Below are positions 61,912 to 64,000 of a stretch of 64,000 bases of DNA, piece after piece. How positions within the stretch are numbered: position 1 is the stretch's first letter; each line of letters begins with the position of its first letter. A program made the translations under genes and the position numbers. The notes under the pieces are model-generated. The model worked only from the letters and a program-made list of their open reading frames with translations. It was not told the DNA's origin and did no database searches. Source of the stretch: Thermodesulfobacteriota bacterium (GTDB taxonomy: Bacteria; Desulfobacterota; Thermodesulfobacteria; Thermodesulfobacteriales; Thermodesulfobacteriaceae); contig JAADEG010000008.1 in assembly GCA_013153525.1 (NCBI GenBank), positions 8,191 to 72,190 of the forward strand, given 5' to 3'.

Positions 61912-62376
61912 ATGAAAAAAGCAATCGTAATAGGAATTGGAAATCCCAATCTAAAAGACGATGGAATTGGATTTAAAGTAGTTGAAAGTTTGGACTTTCC
62001 TATAGACAAATTGTGTTTTTTAAATACTGATTTAAAAATTCTTCAGAAGATTCTTGGTTACGAATTCGCAATTATTATAGACGGAATAAAAACTGGAGCA
62101 CCTCCAGGAACCATAATAGAAGTTGATCCTTTAAACACCTGGCAAGATGTGTATGCAAGCGGGACTCACAGCATGAGTTTGTTTGAAGTCATAAGAATTG
62201 GATATACGGTTTTTCCTGAAGAAATGCCAAAGGAGATTAAAGTGATAGGAATTGAAGTAGAAGACATATCTGAGTTTTCAAACGAACTAAGTCCAAGCGT
62301 TAAAAACGCAATTCCAGAGGTGCTAAAAAGGATTAAAAAGTACTTAGAAGAATTTAGCAATAAAAAAACTGATTAA
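61912..62376 (+). CDS. Hydrogenase maturation protease
   Basis: IGIGNPNLKDDGIG, IIDG, GTH, IGIE, LSPSV. Confidence 0.93.
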   Translation: MKKAIVIGIGNPNLKDDGIGFKVVESLDFPIDKLCFLNTDLKILQKILGYEFAIIIDGIKTGAPPGTIIEVDPLNTWQDVYASGTHSMSLFEVIRIGYTVFPEEMPKEIKVIGIEVEDISEFSNELSPSVKNAIPEVLKRIKKYLEEFSNKKTD

Positions 62377-63273
62377 AAACGCTGCGATCGTAGTAAAAAT
62401 CCAGTTTAATCCTATTTTCTTTAGCATTCTGGTTTTAATAGTGTTAAGCCCCTTTGAAAAACCAATTCCACTTATAGCACCAATTAAAGAATGAGTAGTA
62501 GAAACAGGCATTCCTATGTGAGTAAATCCAAGCAGGCAGATTCCTGCTGAAAGCTGAGCAACGAAACCTGATACAGGATCAAGTGGAACTATCCCTTTTC
62601 CTATGGTATCAAGAACCCTTGAGCTTAAAGTAACTGCTCCTAAAAACAAAGAAACACTTGCAAGAAAAAATATTATGTAGTGATAGGGGTAAACTTTGGG
62701 AGTGATTATAGGTCCAAGAACAGTTGCAAGTTCGTTTGCTCCGGTGTTGTACGAAATTAAAGTAGCACTTAGTAATAAAAAACTTCTTATCAACACTTCT
62801 GTACTAAAAAACGGCAACTTTTTAAGCATTTTAATAGTAAAGTCGTAGAGAACCATACTTAAAATTCCTGCTATAATTGGTGCGGTTATCCAAGAAAGCA
62901 GTATGTAAAAAAGAGCTTTGGTGTTTACGAAGTAACCTTTAGCAAAAGCACAACCCGTAAGGCTCCCTATTATCACCTGATGCGTTGACAAAGGTAAGTG
63001 CTTCCAGTTTGAAAGTAAGATTATTAGCGCTGACAAGAGCAAACTAAGAGAAACCAGCTCAAGGTTTAGGTGGGTTAAAGATCTTCCAACGGTATGCATA
63101 ACCTTTGCACCACTTAAAAATATCCCTGCAAAGGCAAACAAACCAAATATTACGATTCCTTTTTTAAAAGGTATTATTCCTGCTCCAATACATATTCCAA
63201 GGGCGTTTGAGGAGTTGTTAGAACCTATACTAAAGGCTATTATTAGTCCTGCAAGGATTGCTAAGATTAACAT
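62344..63273 (-). CDS. PiT-family inorganic phosphate transporter
   Basis: GSNNSSNA and GANELA PiT signatures, PLSTHQ, GMPVSTTH. Confidence 0.9.
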   Translation of the reverse strand: MLILAILAGLIIAFSIGSNNSSNALGICIGAGIIPFKKGIVIFGLFAFAGIFLSGAKVMHTVGRSLTHLNLELVSLSLLLSALIILLSNWKHLPLSTHQVIIGSLTGCAFAKGYFVNTKALFYILLSWITAPIIAGILSMVLYDFTIKMLKKLPFFSTEVLIRSFLLLSATLISYNTGANELATVLGPIITPKVYPYHYIIFFLASVSLFLGAVTLSSRVLDTIGKGIVPLDPVSGFVAQLSAGICLLGFTHIGMPVSTTHSLIGAISGIGFSKGLNTIKTRMLKKIGLNWIFTTIAAFLISFFIAKFF

Positions 63274-63276
63274 TGA

Positions 63277-63918
63277 TTACTTTAAGCTAAGATCTAAAAT
63301 GTAAAGATAGTCACTTGCGTCCTCTATTACATCGCTTATTTTTACGAGTGCATCCACGAATTCAGAGATGTTTTTTCCTTCCCAAAAACTCGTTATTGCG
63401 CATTCAGGACATCTTCTAAGTTTATTAGTGATTTCCAGCTTTAGTTCGTCAATTTGTTTTTCACAAACCCTTATTGCAAGAGCCTTTTCTCTTAAGTCGT
63501 CTTTTTCTTTTAGAGCTTCAAAAGCCTTTTTTAAAATTTCACTCATTTCAAGAGTAATTTTACCAACCTGAATGCAGTCTTCTTTTATGTGTTTGTATAT
63601 TTCTTTATTCAAGTATCTGTATTCAAACGCACATATCTTTAAAAATTCAAAAGCTTTTTCAACTACCTCTATAAAGTTGCACAAGCCCTGCCTTATGTAA
63701 GGTAAAAAAGCTCCTTCGTAAACAGTAGAAATGATTTCTCTTTTTAATACATCTGCCTCTCTTTCAAGACTTTCTATACAATAAGTTTCTTCTCCTTTGT
63801 CTTGAGTTAAAACAGAATTTAAACATTCAACCGCAAGATAAAGTGTATTTAAGTAATTATCCATTTGCTCTAAAACCTTTTTTTCAAGCTTACCCGCTTT
63901 AAAAAGCTTCTCAAACAT
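63277..63918 (-). CDS. DUF47 / PhoU-like phosphate transport regulator
   Basis: LEREADVLK, GAFLP, ISDVIEDASD; upstream of PiT gene. Confidence 0.88.
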   Translation of the reverse strand: MFEKLFKAGKLEKKVLEQMDNYLNTLYLAVECLNSVLTQDKGEETYCIESLEREADVLKREIISTVYEGAFLPYIRQGLCNFIEVVEKAFEFLKICAFEYRYLNKEIYKHIKEDCIQVGKITLEMSEILKKAFEALKEKDDLREKALAIRVCEKQIDELKLEITNKLRRCPECAITSFWEGKNISEFVDALVKISDVIEDASDYLYILDLSLK

Positions 63919-64000
63919 CTTATTTCTTTGCCTCCTCTATTAGAAAAAAATTAAGTAAGTCAAAAAACGAAATTACTCCCTCTATTTTGTCCTGATTTTT

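Overview
AT-rich bacterial chromosome segment, almost entirely core genes, from a thermophilic sulfate/sulfite reducer (gene content and protein style suggest Thermodesulfobacteriaceae; this is inference). It carries replication/repair genes (mutS, dnaE, holA, a family-4 UDG homologue), translation genes (rpsB-tsf-pyrH-frr-uppS-cdsA, ffh-rpsP-KH-rimM-trmD, leuS-lptE, tsaB, obgE), dsrABD, an Mvh-like [NiFe]-hydrogenase with its protease, two c-di-GMP enzymes, an orphan flgM with a perfect sigma-28 promoter, and a protein-only RNase P (HARP). I saw no rRNA, tRNA, CRISPR array, transposase or prophage. Most notable: (i) a window-wide oligonucleotide signature, judged by eye and not counted, with ACGT, TCGA, CTAG and GGCC nearly absent, GGCC seen only at Trp-Pro codons, and near-ACGT words (ACGN/NCGT) apparently enriched; (ii) a UDG with a rewritten active site; (iii) a nitrilase/ADP-heptose adenylyltransferase fusion preceded by an uncalled 24-aa ORF; (iv) a ClC with substituted selectivity residues; (v) an N-terminally extended DsrB; (vi) a coiled-coil PD-(D/E)XK nuclease coupled to a small unknown protein; (vii) a structured, possibly switchable rpsB leader.
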